Shown: piece after piece, positions 23,116 through 35,799 of the stretch | Layout: the number at the start of each line of letters is the position of its first letter | Position numbering within the stretch: the stretch's first letter is position 1 | Assembly (NCBI GenBank): GCA_052327205.1 | Contig: CM126203.1 | Span: forward strand, 326,802,001 to 326,866,000 | Direction of reading: 5' to 3' | Source: Somniosus microcephalus | Taxonomy: Eukaryota | Length of the DNA: 64,000 nt | Translations under genes and position numbers: made by a program | Notes under the pieces: generated by a model | What the model was told of the DNA's origin: nothing | Databases searched by the model: none | Seen by the model: only the letters and a program-made list of their open reading frames with translations

Positions 23116-24119
23116 TCCATCCGTAGTTCAGCTTCCCTTCCATTGCAGAACCATTGTATTCTCCTTATGTCTTTTTAAAGTCTTTTTACAGCCAGAGATG
23201 CTTTTTACATGTCATCCAGCAAATCCCCCCTCCTTCCAGCTTTAAAACAAAAATCTGCTTTCAGGCTATTAAACCTATTAGCCTCATTTTTATACAGGTA
23301 TCCGTTATATCTAAAGTATGACCATCACCTGTTGTTCTCCCCTCTCTGTTTTTGTCAGTCCTATAGGGCGCCTGTCCTCTTTGCAGTTCTGATGAAGGAT
23401 CACAATCCAAACACTAAACTGCCCTTTCTCTTTTCAGATGCCAACAGATCTGCTTTGCATTTCCAGCATTTTATTTTGTTGAAGATTTCAGCATTTTCAG
23501 TTGTCCTTTCTAACTCTTCCAGCAGCACTCACTGTTCAGTCATCAGGAGCAAAAACTCTTACTGATTCGTGTCCACCTTGGAACATCCCTAACTTGTGCC
23601 CTAGCTGAGATAAGCTAAGTCAGAAAAGGAGGGATCAGTCTGTATGGTTCAGTGCCACATTAGATGATGCATGCAACCATGGAGTCACAAAGAAGCTTTA
23701 AAAGTTCATGAACTCTGCAAAGTGTTGCTGTTAATAAAAAGAAATCCCCTTCTGATCATTCAGCACAGAAGGAGGCCATTATATAACACGAGGGCTTCAG
23801 ATTCACAGCTCACTGCCTCAGTTTTTACTGCCATTTAAAGTTTGTGGTTACACAAGGTTTAAAAAAAAATCACTTGGAGTCAACAAAATCTTTTCTCATC
23901 AGCAGATGGCTCTGCAGTACTGCACAACACATTTTCAAAAGCTTCTTAATAACAGCAAGTATTGCACAGAATTTTTAAATTTCCAAGAAAGCCTGTAATT
24001 TTTAAATAAATAACTGTACAGAACACAATGTGAAGAACTCAACTCATAGCTCAGTGACTTGCTGCTGAGTCTTTATCCCGTGTACTGTAATAATCATTAA
24101 TATAGTAGTCTACCCACTA

Positions 24120-25270
24120 TAGGTCCCACATAAGGGATTAGCGTGTAAAGTTAAAGCACATGGGATTGGGGGCAAGGTACTGACCTGGATAGAGAACTGG
24201 TTGGCAGACAGGAAGCAAAGAGTTGGAATAAACGGCTCTTTTTCCGAGTGGCAGGCATTGACTAGTGGGGTACCGCAGGGATCGGTCCTTGGACCCCAGC
24301 TGTTCACAATATATATTAATGATCTAGACGAGGGAACTAGATGTAATATCTCCAAGTTTGCAGATGACACAAAGCTGGGTGGGCGTGTGTGCTGTGAGGA
24401 GGATGTCGAGAAACTCCAGTATGATTTGGACAGGTTGGGTGATTGGGCAGATATATGGCAGATGCAGTATAATGTGGATAAATGTGAGGTTATCCACTTT
24501 GGTGGCAAAAACAGGAAGGCAGATTATTATCTGAATGGCAATAGATTGGGAGAAGGGGAAGTACAACGAGACCCGAGTGTCCTTGTGCACCAGTTGCTGA
24601 AGGTAAGCATGCAGGTGCAGCAGGCGGTGAAAAAGGCAAATGGTATGTTGGCCTTCGTAGCGAGAGGATTCGAGTACAGGAGCAAGGATGTCTTGCTGCA
24701 GTTGTACAGGGCCTTGGTGAGACCACACCTCAAGTATTGTGTGCAGTTTTGGTCACCTTGTCTGAGGAAGGATATTTTTGCCATGGAGGGAGTGCAGCGA
24801 TACCTGGGATGGCAAGAATGATGTATGAGGAGAGATTGGGTCGATTGGGCTTATACTCGCTGGAGTTTAGAAGAATGAGAGGGGATCTCATTGAAACTTA
24901 TAAAATTCTAACAGGACTAGACAGACTAGATGCAGGAAGGATGTTTCTGATGGCCGGGGAGTCCAGAACCAGGGGTCACAGTCTAAAGATAAGGGGTAAG
25001 CCATTTAGGACAGAAATGAGGAGGAATTTCTTCACCCAGAGAGTGGTGAACCTGTGGAATTCTCTACCACAGAAGGCAGTTGAGGCCAATTCATTAAATA
25101 TATTCAAGAAGGAGTTAGATATATTTCTTAAGGCTAAAGGGATCAAGGGATATGGGGAGAAGGCAGGGACAGGGTACTGAGTTTGGATGATCAGCCATGA
25201 TCGCATTGAATGGCGGGGCAGGCTCGAAGGGCCTACTCCTGCTCCTATCTTCTATGTTTCTATGTTTCTA
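24120..25270 (+). mobile_element. CR1 3' fragment
   Basis: RT motifs and a (TTCTATGT)n tail. Confidence 0.92.
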
Positions 25271-25319
25271 TATTACTGCGGTAATAATAGAGATAGTAAC
25301 TGCGATAATAATACTGAGA

Positions 25320-26585
25320 TATATTTTATAAATATATTAAGAGTAAGAGGATAACTAAAGAAAGGGTAGGGCCTATTAGAGATCATGAGGGTAATCTGTG
25401 TGTGGAGGCAGGAGACGTCGGTAGAGTTCTTAATGAATACTTTGCGTCTGCTTTCACAAAGGAGAGGGGCGAAGCAGACACTGCTATCGGAGGGGAGGAG
25501 TGTGAAATATTAGATGAAATAAACATAGTGAGAGGGAAATGGTTGATGGGTGTTTTTGTGACTGGAAGGCTGTTTACAGTGGGGTTCCGCAGGGCTCAGT
25601 ACTAGGCCCCTTGCTTTTTGTGGTATATATCAATGATCTAGACTTGAATATAGGGGGTATGATTAAGAAGTTTGCAGATGATACTAAAATCGGCTGTGTG
25701 GTTGATACTGAAGAAGGAAGCTGTAGACTGCAGGAAGATATCAATAAATTGGTCAGAACAGTGGCAAATGGAATTCAATCCGGAGAAGTTTGAGGTAATG
25801 CATTTGGGGAGGGCTAACAAGGAAAGGGAATACACATTAAATGGTAGGACACTGAGTAGCGTAGAGGAACAAAGGGGCCTTGAAGTGCATGTCCACAGAT
25901 CCCTGAAGGTAGCAGGCCAGGTAGATAAGGTGGTTAAGAAGGCATACGGAATGCTTGCCTTTATTAGCCGTGGCATAGAATACAAGTGCAGCGGGGGTCA
26001 TGTTTCAACTGTATAAAACACTAGTTAGGCCTCAGCTAGAGTACTGCATGCAGTTCTGGTCACCACATTACAGAAAAGATGTGATTGCACTAGAGAGGGT
26101 ACGGAGGAGATTTACAAGGATGTTGCCGGGAGTAGAGAATCTTAGCTATGAGGTAGACTGGATAGGCTGGGTCTGTTTTCCTTGGAACAGAGGAGCTGAG
26201 GGGAGACCTTATTGAGGTGTATAAAATTATGAGGGGCATAGATAAAGTGGATAGACAGGTCCTAGTTCCCTTAGCAGAGGGGTCAAAAACCAGGGGGCAC
26301 AGATTTAAAGTAATTGGTGGAAGGTTTAGAGGGGATTTGAGAGGAAATTTCTTCACCCAGAGGGTTGTGGGGATCTGGAACTCACTGCCTGAAAGCGTGG
26401 TAGAGGCAGGAACCCTAACCACATTTAAAAAGTACTTGGATGTGCACTTGGGATGCTCTAACCTGCAGGGCTACGGACCGAGCGGGGAAGTGGGATTAGG
26501 CTGGATAGCTCTTTGTTGGCCAGCGCGGACACAATGGGCCGAAATGGCCTCCTTCCGTGCTGTAACTTTCTATGATTCTATGATA
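25320..26585 (+). mobile_element. CR1 with internal deletion
   Basis: ORF2 pieces joined near 25535; 3' part closely similar to 19655-20503. Confidence 0.88.
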
Positions 26586-26811
26586 GTGACTTCAGTATGG
26601 AGATACTGTTCCTAAGGCAGGTAACTAATCAACATATTCCTTTAAAAAAAAAGCATAGTAACTTGTCTATTTGGCAAATTAATTTCAATATAGGCAAGTG
26701 TGAGGTGTTATATTTTGGCAGGAAAAATATGGAGGCCACATACTGCTTGGATAATAAGAGTCTAAATGGGGTAGAAAGGAAACGGGATCAAGGAGTACAC
26801 ATTCACAAACC

Positions 26812-27765
26812 ACGATAGGGTTCCCCTTGTCCTCACCTTTCACCCCACCAGCCTCCACATTCAACGGATCATCCTCCGGCATTTCCGCTACCTCCAAAGT
26901 GATCCCACCACCAAACGTATCTTCCCCTCCCCTCCCCATTCAGCATTCCGTAGGGACCGCTCCCTCCGAGACACCCTAGTCCACTCCTCTATCACCCCAA
27001 ACAGCCCTTCCCCTTCGCCTGGCACCTTCCCGTGCAAGCGCAGGAGATGTAACACCTGCCCCTATACCTCCCCCCTTTCCACTGTCCAGGGCCCCAAACA
27101 CCCCTTCCAGGTGAAACAGCGATTTACTTGTACTTCTCGCAATCTAGTATACTGTATTCGCTGCTCACGATGCGGTCTCCTCTACATTGGGGAGACCAAA
27201 CGCAGATTGGGTGACCGCTTTGCGGAACACCTCCGTTCAGTCCGTAAGGGTGACCCCGAGCTTCCGGTCGCCTGTCATTTTAATTCACCGCTCCATTCCC
27301 ACTCGGGCCTCACCGTCCTTGGCCTCTTGCATTGTTCCACGGAAGCTCAACGTAAACTCGAGGAACAGCACCTCATCTTCCGATTAGGCACTCTGCAGCC
27401 TTCCGGACTCAATATCGAGTTCAACAATTTCAGATCATAACCTCGGCCCCTATTACATTTTTTCTTGTAATTTTTCCACTCCTTTCCCCCCCCCTTTCCT
27501 TTTGTTTCTCTCTCACACCTGGCAGCTATCTCTTGCCCTGCCAGTACACTTCACACCTAATCTCAGCCTATTACCATCTCGTCTAGCTTCTAATACCTTT
27601 TATTGTCTCTTTTACTTCTTTTGTCCGATCGCAGCCCTGCCTTCGATCTATTTTCTTTTCTTTCCAGTTTTGAAGAAGGGTTCGACCCGAAACGTCAACT
27701 CAAATTTCTCTCCACGGATGTTGCCTGACCTGCTGAGTTTTTCCAGCATTTTCTGTTGTTATTTT
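26812..27765 (+). mobile_element. Penelope-like element 3' part: GIY-YIG endonuclease and terminal repeat
   Basis: ORF 27111-27440 with NLVYCIRCSRCGLLYIGETKRRLGDRFAEH...GLN, followed by a terminal repeat also present at 53493 and, reversed, at about 22705-23100. Confidence 0.9.
27666..27700 (+). ncRNA. Minimal type I hammerhead ribozyme-like motif in the Penelope terminal repeat
   Basis: AGTT-TTGAAGA-A-GGGT tcg ACCC-GAAA-CGTC-AACT: helix I, a variant CUGANGA core (U in place of C), helix II, GAAA and a GUC cleavage triplet. Confidence 0.6.
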
Positions 27766-28290
27766 GTATAAAACACTAGTTAGGCCACAGCTCGAATACT
27801 GCACACAGTTCTGGTCACCACTTCACAGGAAAGATGTGATCGCACTAGACGGGGTACAGAGGACATTTAAGAAGATGTTGCCAGGACTGGAGAATTTTAG
27901 CTATGAGGAAAGATTGGATAAGTTGGGGTGGTTTTCTTTGAAACAGAGGGGAGACTTAATTGAGGTGTATAAAATTATGGGGAGCCTAGATAGAGATTAT
28001 AAGGATCTATTCCCCTTAGCAGAGAGGTCAATAACCAGGGGGCAGAGAGTTAAAATAATTGGTAGAAGGATTAGAGGGGTGTTGAGGAGAACTACTTTCA
28101 CCCAGAAGGTGGTGGGGGTCTGCAACTCACTGCCTGAAAGGGTGGTAGAGGCAGAAACCCTCATCACATTTAAAAGGTACTTGGATATGCACTTGAAGTG
28201 CTGTAAACTGCAGGCTACGGATCAAAAGCTGGAAAGTGGGATTAGTCTGGATAGCACTTTTTCAGCCGGCACAGACATGATGGGCCGAAC
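27766..28290 (+). mobile_element. CR1 3' fragment
   Basis: [12 protein letters not shown]...FTQKVVGVCNSLP. Confidence 0.85.
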
Positions 28291-28695
28291 AGCTTCCAAC
28301 AAATGCTCTACTCGGAGCTCCGGCACAGCAAGAGAGCCCCAGGTGGGCAGAGGAAACGCTTCAAGGACACCCTCAAAGCCTCCTTGAAAAAGTGTAACAT
28401 CCCCACCAACACCTGGGAATCCCTGGCCCATGACCGCACAAAGTGGAGGAGAAACATCCAGGAAGGTGCCGAACACCTCGAGTCTCTTTGCCGGGAGCAA
28501 GCGGATGCCAAGCGCAGGCAGCGCAAGGAGCACACGTCAACCCAAGCACCCCACCCACCCACCCCTTCAACCACCGTCTGCCCCACCTGTGACACAGACT
28601 GTAGGTCCCGCATTGGACTCATCAGTCACCTGAGAACTCATTTTTAATGTGGAAGCAAGTCATCCTCGGTTCCAAGGGACTGCCTAAGGGGAAGG
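28291..28695 (+). mobile_element. RTE-clade LINE 3' end
   Basis: LYSELRHSKRAPGGQRKRFKDTLKASLK...CPTCDTDCRSRIGLISHLRTH, a typical RTE C-terminus. Confidence 0.85.
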
Positions 28696-29024
28696 AAATT
28701 TCTATGATTCAATGAACACTATATTTTACTGCACTCCAACTGCCCAACACTTGGCCTTTGGAAAGAAAACGTTGGCTGCACCATTGGTGGGAACGGGGAG
28801 GTAAATCAAACTCAACCATTTTCAGAGCACTATCGGCCTGCTTCGGCCCAAAATCTTCCCCAATTATTTTCTTGAAAGTCCAACATTAGCATCGCCCAGC
28901 CACTACTTCATAATAAAGCTGCTCTTCTATAAATTTTCTGAACGTCACAGTGCCCTACATTGTAAGCTCTGGCCCTTCACCTAGCTTTATCAGTAAGGAA
29001 AAGAGAAACTTATGTTTAACTTAC

Positions 29025-29175
29025 AACGTAACAGGTGGATTGTCCCAGGATCGATCAGCTTCCAGCACCTCTTCAGTACCAGGACTGTAATGGTTCTGTT
29101 GTGGACTGGTCATATGGCACGTGAGCGCCTCAAGAACATGTTCTGCCTTCTGGATTAATAAATCAATGTGGTCAT
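29025..29175 (-). CDS. C18orf54: C18orf54/LAS2 coding exon (151 nt)
   Basis: Pyrimidine tract plus ctacag|AT. DDHIDLLIQKAEHVLE...LEADRSWDNPPVT matches LAS2 DKIELLILKAKRNLE...LEADRSWENIPVT. Donor TT|GTAAGT (phase 2). Confidence 0.92.
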
Positions 29176-29992
29176 CTGTAGAGGAGGAGGAAGAGGAGGA
29201 GATTCTTTGATGAGACACTATATTGCAGAAAGTGCATTCTCTAATTCAGTGCAAACACATTACAGCACCATTCCAATCACAGTAGATACTGCACACACCA
29301 TTTAGATCTTACTTCTGTGAAGAATACCAGCTCAAGAAAAAAAATCTCAATTTCCCTTGTAAAGAAAAAAAAGGTGAGACCATCACCCACTCAGGAGCTA
29401 TCGGGCCGCACAGTTTAAGGTCTGAATAGAGAGAACTGTGATGGATACACACCCAATATGTCAAAACCTTTTCTCTTTATAGATGCTGACTGACCTGCTG
29501 CGTATTTTTTTGTTTTTAGTTCAGATTTCCTTTGTATTTTACCCAGTCAGATAACTTCTTCAATCTAAGGGACCATTAAAGCTAAGGCTAGATATCTTTT
29601 CTGTCCCATTTATCCATTAAGGCTAAAGATCGAGCACCCACATCTTTGGGACAGCTCTATTTTCCCTCCAGCTTTCCCTCCTTTTTTCTCCCTCCACTTC
29701 TGAAGGAACGGACTGGTGAACAGTTCCATGGCCAATATCTTCCCTCTGGTAACGCCCAAGTGACCATTGTTCAACTGTGAGCTTTTCACAGTGAGTGTTG
29801 GTACACTGTTTGTCTTAGGGGGCTATCATACCCAAGATTGATCGCCTGTCTTCAACATTCACAAAAGTACACTTTCCAGCAGGAATCGCTGGATAGCAGT
29901 CAGCAACAGGAAGCCTGGCTGATTTTGTCCCTCCATAGGGCGTCAAGGCCATTTGCAGCGCCCCAACTGCTGCCCAGCCTGAAATCAATGAA

Positions 29993-31250
29993 CTCACATC
30001 TGGAGTACTGTGCACAGTTTTGGTCTCCTTATCTGAGAAAGGACATACTTGCCTCAGAGGCAGTGCAATGAAGATTCGCTAGATTGATCCCTGGGATGAG
30101 AGGGTTGTCCCATGGGGAGAGATCGAGTAGATTGGGTCTATACTCTCTGGAGTTTTGAAGAATGAGAGGTGATTTCATTCAAACATATAGGCCTAGAAAT
30201 TCAGTGGGCTGCGCCACCCGTTAGCGCCTTAAGAGGCTGCTAAGTGGGTCGGAAGCCACTGGCCACGCCTCCCGCTAAATTTAGCGGGACGCTAATGGCG
30301 GCGCTAGCCGTTAGCGCTGCGCCACTACCGATGACGTCATCGGTGGGCGCAGCGCCCCGCTACCGCCCCGATCGCCAAATTTAGTAGCGCCCCCTGCTTT
30401 AGCGCCAGTCGCTAATTGCGACCAGTTCAGGGGGGCCTACCTGCGGCGGTAGAGGTGCTGAGGTACGGGGCGGCCATTTTTTTTGCTGGCCGCCTGCCAG
30501 CACCTCTCCCTGCCGCCCCCCCCACGGAGTGCCGGCTGTGTCCCAAGAGCCCGGCACTTCTCCTCGGTGCCGGGCTCTTTTGCCGGCACTCGCGATCTTG
30601 GATCGCGCTGCAGCAGACCCCGCCCCTTTAAGAAGGGGAGGAAGGCCTGCAGTACCGCAGCGCGCCGTGCCACAGCGTGTGGCGCTGCGGCACATTGCGC
30701 AGCGATCTTCAGCTGTAGCGCCCCAAGAGGGATGCGGGGCGCCTCGAGTAGCGCTGCGCTTCCCTCTGGGGCGCGCAAAGTGAATTTGCAGCGGGCAGCC
30801 GCGGCTACTTCCGGGGCACTACTTTTAGCGCCCTGGCGAGGCTGGCGCCCCAAATGGGGCGCCAATGAATTTCTAGGCCATAAGATTCTGAGGAGGATTG
30901 ACAGGGTAGATGCTGAGAGATTGTTTCCCCTGGCTGGAGTGTCTAGAACTAGGGGGCATAGTCTCAGGATAAGGGGTCAGCCATTTAAGACTGAGATGAG
31001 GAGGAATTCTTTCACTCAGTGGGTTGTGAATATTTGGAATTCTCTACCCCAAAGGGCTGCGGCTGCTGTGTCGTCGAGTATATTCAAGGCTGAGATAGAT
31101 TTTGGGACTCCAGGGGAATCAAGGGGTATGGGGATCGGGCGGGAAAGTGGAGTTGAGGTCGAAGATCAGCCATGATCTTACTGAATGGCGGAGCAGGCTC
31201 GAAGGGCCATGTGGCCTACTCCTGCTCCTAATTCTTATGTTCTTATGTTC
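29993..31250 (+). mobile_element. CR1 3' fragment interrupted by a MITE
   Basis: HLEYCAQFWSPYLRKDI through the 3' tail, split at 30190-30879. Confidence 0.85.
30190..30879. mobile_element. GC-rich MITE (PIF/Harbinger-like) inserted in a CR1
   Basis: TIRs GGCCTAGAAATTCA / TGAATTTCTAGGCC, TSD ATA. Removal restores CR1 AAACATATAAGATTCTG. Confidence 0.9.
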
Positions 31251-31347
31251 AGCACAGACCTGGGAATCTCTAGTTTTTAAAGGTTAATCTTATACCCATT
31301 GACTATCTGGAGCTTACAGCTCTTTTAAAAATAAAATGCACTGTTAA

Positions 31348-33147
31348 TGAAAAAGATTGGTGAAGCGTAGGCCCCTTGCAGTCAGAATCAGGGGAATTTA
31401 TAATGGGGAACAAAGAAATGGCAGACCAATTAAATACATACTTGGGTTCTATCTTCACAAAGGAGGACACAAATAACCTCCCAGAGATGTCGGGGAACAT
31501 AGGGTCAAATGAGAGGGAGGAACTGAATGAAATCAGTATTTGTAAGGAAATGGCGTTAGGGAAATTGATGGGATTGAAGGCCGATAAATCCCCAGGGCCT
31601 GATAATCTACATTCAAGGGTACTTAAGGAATTGGCCCTAGAAATAGTAGATGCATTGCTGGTCATCTTCCAAAATTCTATAGATTCTGGAACAGTTCCCA
31701 TGGATTGGAGGGCAGTTAATGTTACCCCACTATTCAAAAAAGGTGGTAGAGAGAAAACAGGGAATTATAGACTGGTAAGCCTGACATTGGTAGTGGGGAA
31801 AATGCTAGAGTCCATCATAAAAGATGTACTAGCAGAGCACTTGGAAAACAGTGACAGGATCAGACAAAGTCAACATGGATTTACAAAAGGTAAATCATGC
31901 TTGCCTAATCTACTGGAATTTTTTGAGGATATAACTGGTAGAATAGATAAGGGAGAACCAGTGGATGTGGTGCATTTGGACTTTCAGAAGGCTTTCGATA
32001 ATGTCCGCATAAGAGATTAGCATGTAAAGTTAAAGCGCAAGGGATTGGGGGCAAGGTACTGACTTGGATAGAGAACTGGTTGGCAGACAGGAAGCAAAGA
32101 GTTGGAATATACGGGTCTTTTTCCGAGTGGCAGGCAATGACTAGTGGGGTACCGCAGGGATCGGTGCTAGGACCCCAGCTATTCACAATATATATTAATG
32201 ATCTAGACGAGGGAACTAGATGTAATATCTCCAAGTTTGCAGACGACACAAAGCTGGGTGGGCGTGTGTGCTGTGAGGAGGATGCAGAAAAACTCCAGTA
32301 CGATTTGGACAGGTTGGGTGATTGGGCAGATGCAGTATAATGTGGATAAATGTGAGGTTATCCACTTTGGTGGCAAAAACATGAAGGCAGATTATCTGAA
32401 CGGCAATAGATTGGGAGGGGAAGTGCAATGAGACCTGGGTGTCCTTGTGCACCAGTCGCTGAAGGTAAGCATGCAGGTGCAGCAGGCGGTTAAGAAGGCA
32501 AATGGTATGTTGGCCTTCATAGCGAGAGGATTCGAGTACAGGAACAAGGATGTCTTGCTGCTGTTGTACAGGGCCTTGGTGAGACCACACCTTGAGTACT
32601 GTGTGCAGTTTTGGTCGCCTTATCTGAGGAAGGATGTTCTTGCCACGGAGGGAGTGCAGCGAAGATTCACCAGACTGATACCTGAGATGGCAGGAATGAC
32701 GTATGAGGAGAGATTGGGTCGATTGGGCTTATACTCGCTGAAGTTTAGAAGAATGAGGGGATCTCACTGAAACTTATAAAATTTTAACAGGACTAGACAG
32801 ACTAGATGCAGGAAGGATGTTCCCGATGGCGGGGGAGTCCAGAACCAGGGGGTCACAGTCTAAAGATAAGGGGTAAGCCATTTAGGACAGAGATGAGGAG
32901 GAATTTCTTCACCCAGAGAGTGGTGAACCTGTGGAATTCTCTACCACAGAAGGCAGTTGAGGCCAATTCATTAAATATATTCAAGAAGGAGTTAGATATA
33001 TTTCTTAAGGCTAAAGGGATCAAGGGATATGGGGAGAAGGCAGGGACAGGGTACTGAGTTTGGATGATCAGCCATGATCTCACTGAATGGTGGAGCAGGC
33101 TCGAGGGGCCGAATGGCCTACTCCCACTCCTATCTTCTATGTTTCTA
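31348..33147 (+). mobile_element. CR1, 5'-truncated and frameshifted
   Basis: Successive ORF2 frames 31376-33057 and tail. Confidence 0.92.
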
Positions 33148-34144
33148 ATTTTGAATAAGTGCAGATGTGAAAATCCTGCAGAGTCCACTAAAAACAGTGT
33201 GTGATTTTGTAAAATTATATTTGAAATTCTAACCCTGATAAAAAGTGACTGACTGGTCAAACTGCTTGACTTAACACCTACAGTTGATCAGTTAGGTATT
33301 TAAGTTGGGAGTTTTTTGCTTTTTGAGTGATTCCAACAGTTGTTTGCGTGTAGCATTAGAAGTGTATGGCATGAACATACTGTAATACAGTTAACATCGC
33401 TGTAGCACAAATTACTGATGCAGAGTACAACAGTACAAGTCTGTGCGAGATATTCGCTAGAAGTTAGCGATAAATAACTGTCGACAAAGCAGGGAGAAAC
33501 AAAGACTGTAGCTCATTAAAGATGTACTTCACAGACTGAATCAAACCAGCAGACAATTATTTTGATACATCAGTTAACTTGCCATCTGATGAAAGAAGTG
33601 GCATGTCTTCATGCCATCCCAGCAACAGACTAAACACCAGGATAATGCAATCGCTACCCACTGCCTTGCTGTATAGCAATGCCCAACTTTGCCAAACAAG
33701 TATTATAATCCTACAAACTGAATTTTATAGTTATGCTATGTTGCATTAAGCTGAGCCCAGCTAAAGCTACCGTCATTTCTTTCTCCTTTGTTAAGCACTT
33801 TAGGGTATTTACTATCTTAAAGATGCTATATAAATGAAAGTTGTTGCTCTATAGACAAGTTTGTCATGCTTATTTTATGTTAGCAATTGTATTATCCTTG
33901 CCCGCACAGAAGCAGTAAAACAGTGATTAACACCCATGTTGAGGGCTCAGTTGTGTTTTTAAATTGAGTCAGTTTACATAAAACGTTATCCATCAATTTC
34001 TCTTGCACGTGTGATTTTTACAGCCATATAAAAATTAAAAGCTGCAAATGCTAGAAATCTGAAATAAAAACAGAAAATTCTAGAAATAGGTCAGTCAGCA
34101 TCTGTAGAGGTAAGACCAGTTATGATATGTCAGGTGTGTAACCT

Positions 34145-34970
34145 TCATAGAAATCTACGGCACAAAAGGAGGCTATTTGGCCAGTCATGTCTGTGCCAAC
34201 CGAAAAAGAGCCATCTAGCCTAATCCCACTTTCTAGCTCGTGGTCTGTAGCCTTGTAGGCTCTGGCACCTCAAGTGCACATCCAAGCACCTTTTAAATGC
34301 GATGAGGGTCTCTGCCTCTACCACCCTTTCAGGCAGTGAGTTCCAGACCCCCACCACCCTCTGGGTGAAAAGGTTCTTAACTCCCCTCCAATCCTTCCAC
34401 TAATTACTTTAATCTATGCCCCCTGGTTATTGACCTCACTGCTAATGGAAATAGGTTCTTCCTATCCACTCTAACTAGACCCCTCATAATTTTATACACC
34501 TCAATTAAGTCTCCCCTCTGCCTCCTCTGTTCCAAAGAAAACAACTGCAGCCTATCTAATCTTTCCTCGTAGCTAAAATTCTCCAGTCCTGGCAACATCC
34601 TCGTAAATCTCCTCTGTACCCTCACTAGGCAATCACATCTTTCTTGTAATGTGGTGACCAGAACTGCACGCAGTACTCTAGCTGTGGTCTAACTAGTGTT
34701 TTATACAGTTCAAGCATAACCTCCCTGCTCTTGTATTCTATGCCTCGGCTAATAAAGTAAGGTATCCTGTATGCCTTCTTAACCACCTTATCTACCTGTC
34801 CCGCTACCTTCAGGGATCTGTGGACATGCACTCCAAGGTCCCTCTGCTCCTCTACACTTCTCAGTAGCCTACCATTTATTGTGTATTCCCTTGCCTTGTT
34901 AGCCCTCCCTAAATCCATTACCTCACACTTCTCCAGATTCAATTCCATTTGCCACTTTTCTGCCCACATT
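34145..34970 (-). mobile_element. CR1 3' fragment
   Basis: ORFs 34404-34625 and 34625-35077 with C-terminal ORF2 motifs. Confidence 0.88.
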
Positions 34971-35799
34971 AGCTTGAGATCAACAGGCATTTTAGGAAGG
35001 TTGGAAAAAGTGGGCGAGACCCAACAGATGCACCAATCACCAAAAGGGAGATAATTTGTTAAATGATCTGCAAACAACTTAATAAAAAAGTTAGATGATA
35101 TAAAAGATCAATGGTAAGATCATAAATAAAGGACAAAATGACATTTAAGTAGTAGGGCAGGGTTTGAAAAGACACGAGAGGTCAAAGTACAGCAAAAGCA
35201 TGAGGCATCAACATGTAGTGTCTTTAATGTAGTAAACTGTCCCAAGGCGCTTCATAGGAGCGTTATAAAATAGAAAATTGACATCGAGCCACAGAGTCAT
35301 AATGGCACAGAAGGAGGCCATTCAGTTGCTCGAGTCCGTGCCGGCTCTGTACAGCAATCCAGTCAGTCCCATTCCCCCGCTCTATCCCTGTAGCCCTGCA
35401 AGTTTATTTCCCTCATGTGCCTATCCAGTCTCCCCTTGAAAACATTGAGTGTCTTCGCTTCCACCACTTCTGTCAGCAGCGAGTTCCAGGTCCTCACCAC
35501 TCACTGCGTAAAAAAGTTTTTCCTCACATCCCCCGGTATCTCTTGCCCAAAACCTTAAATCTGTGTCCCCTAATCCTTGTGCCATCAACTAGTGTGAACA
35601 GCCTTTCCCCATCTAGCCTGTACAAACCCGTCACAATCTTATACACCTCTATCAAATCACCCCTCAACCTCCTTTGCTCTAATGAAAACAAATCCAGCTT
35701 CTCCAACCTGTCCTTGTAGCTAAGATCCCCCATCCCGGAACCATTCTGGTAAATCTCCTCTGCACCCTCTCAAGAGCCTTCACAGAAGGAGATATTAGG

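Noticed and set aside
30399-31175. Multiple ORFs in GC-rich patches (also 3241-3676 and 43330-44064) as genes or CpG-island promoters
   Set aside because: They lie within, or start within, TIR/TSD-bounded MITEs; stop codons are scarce because of the GC content.
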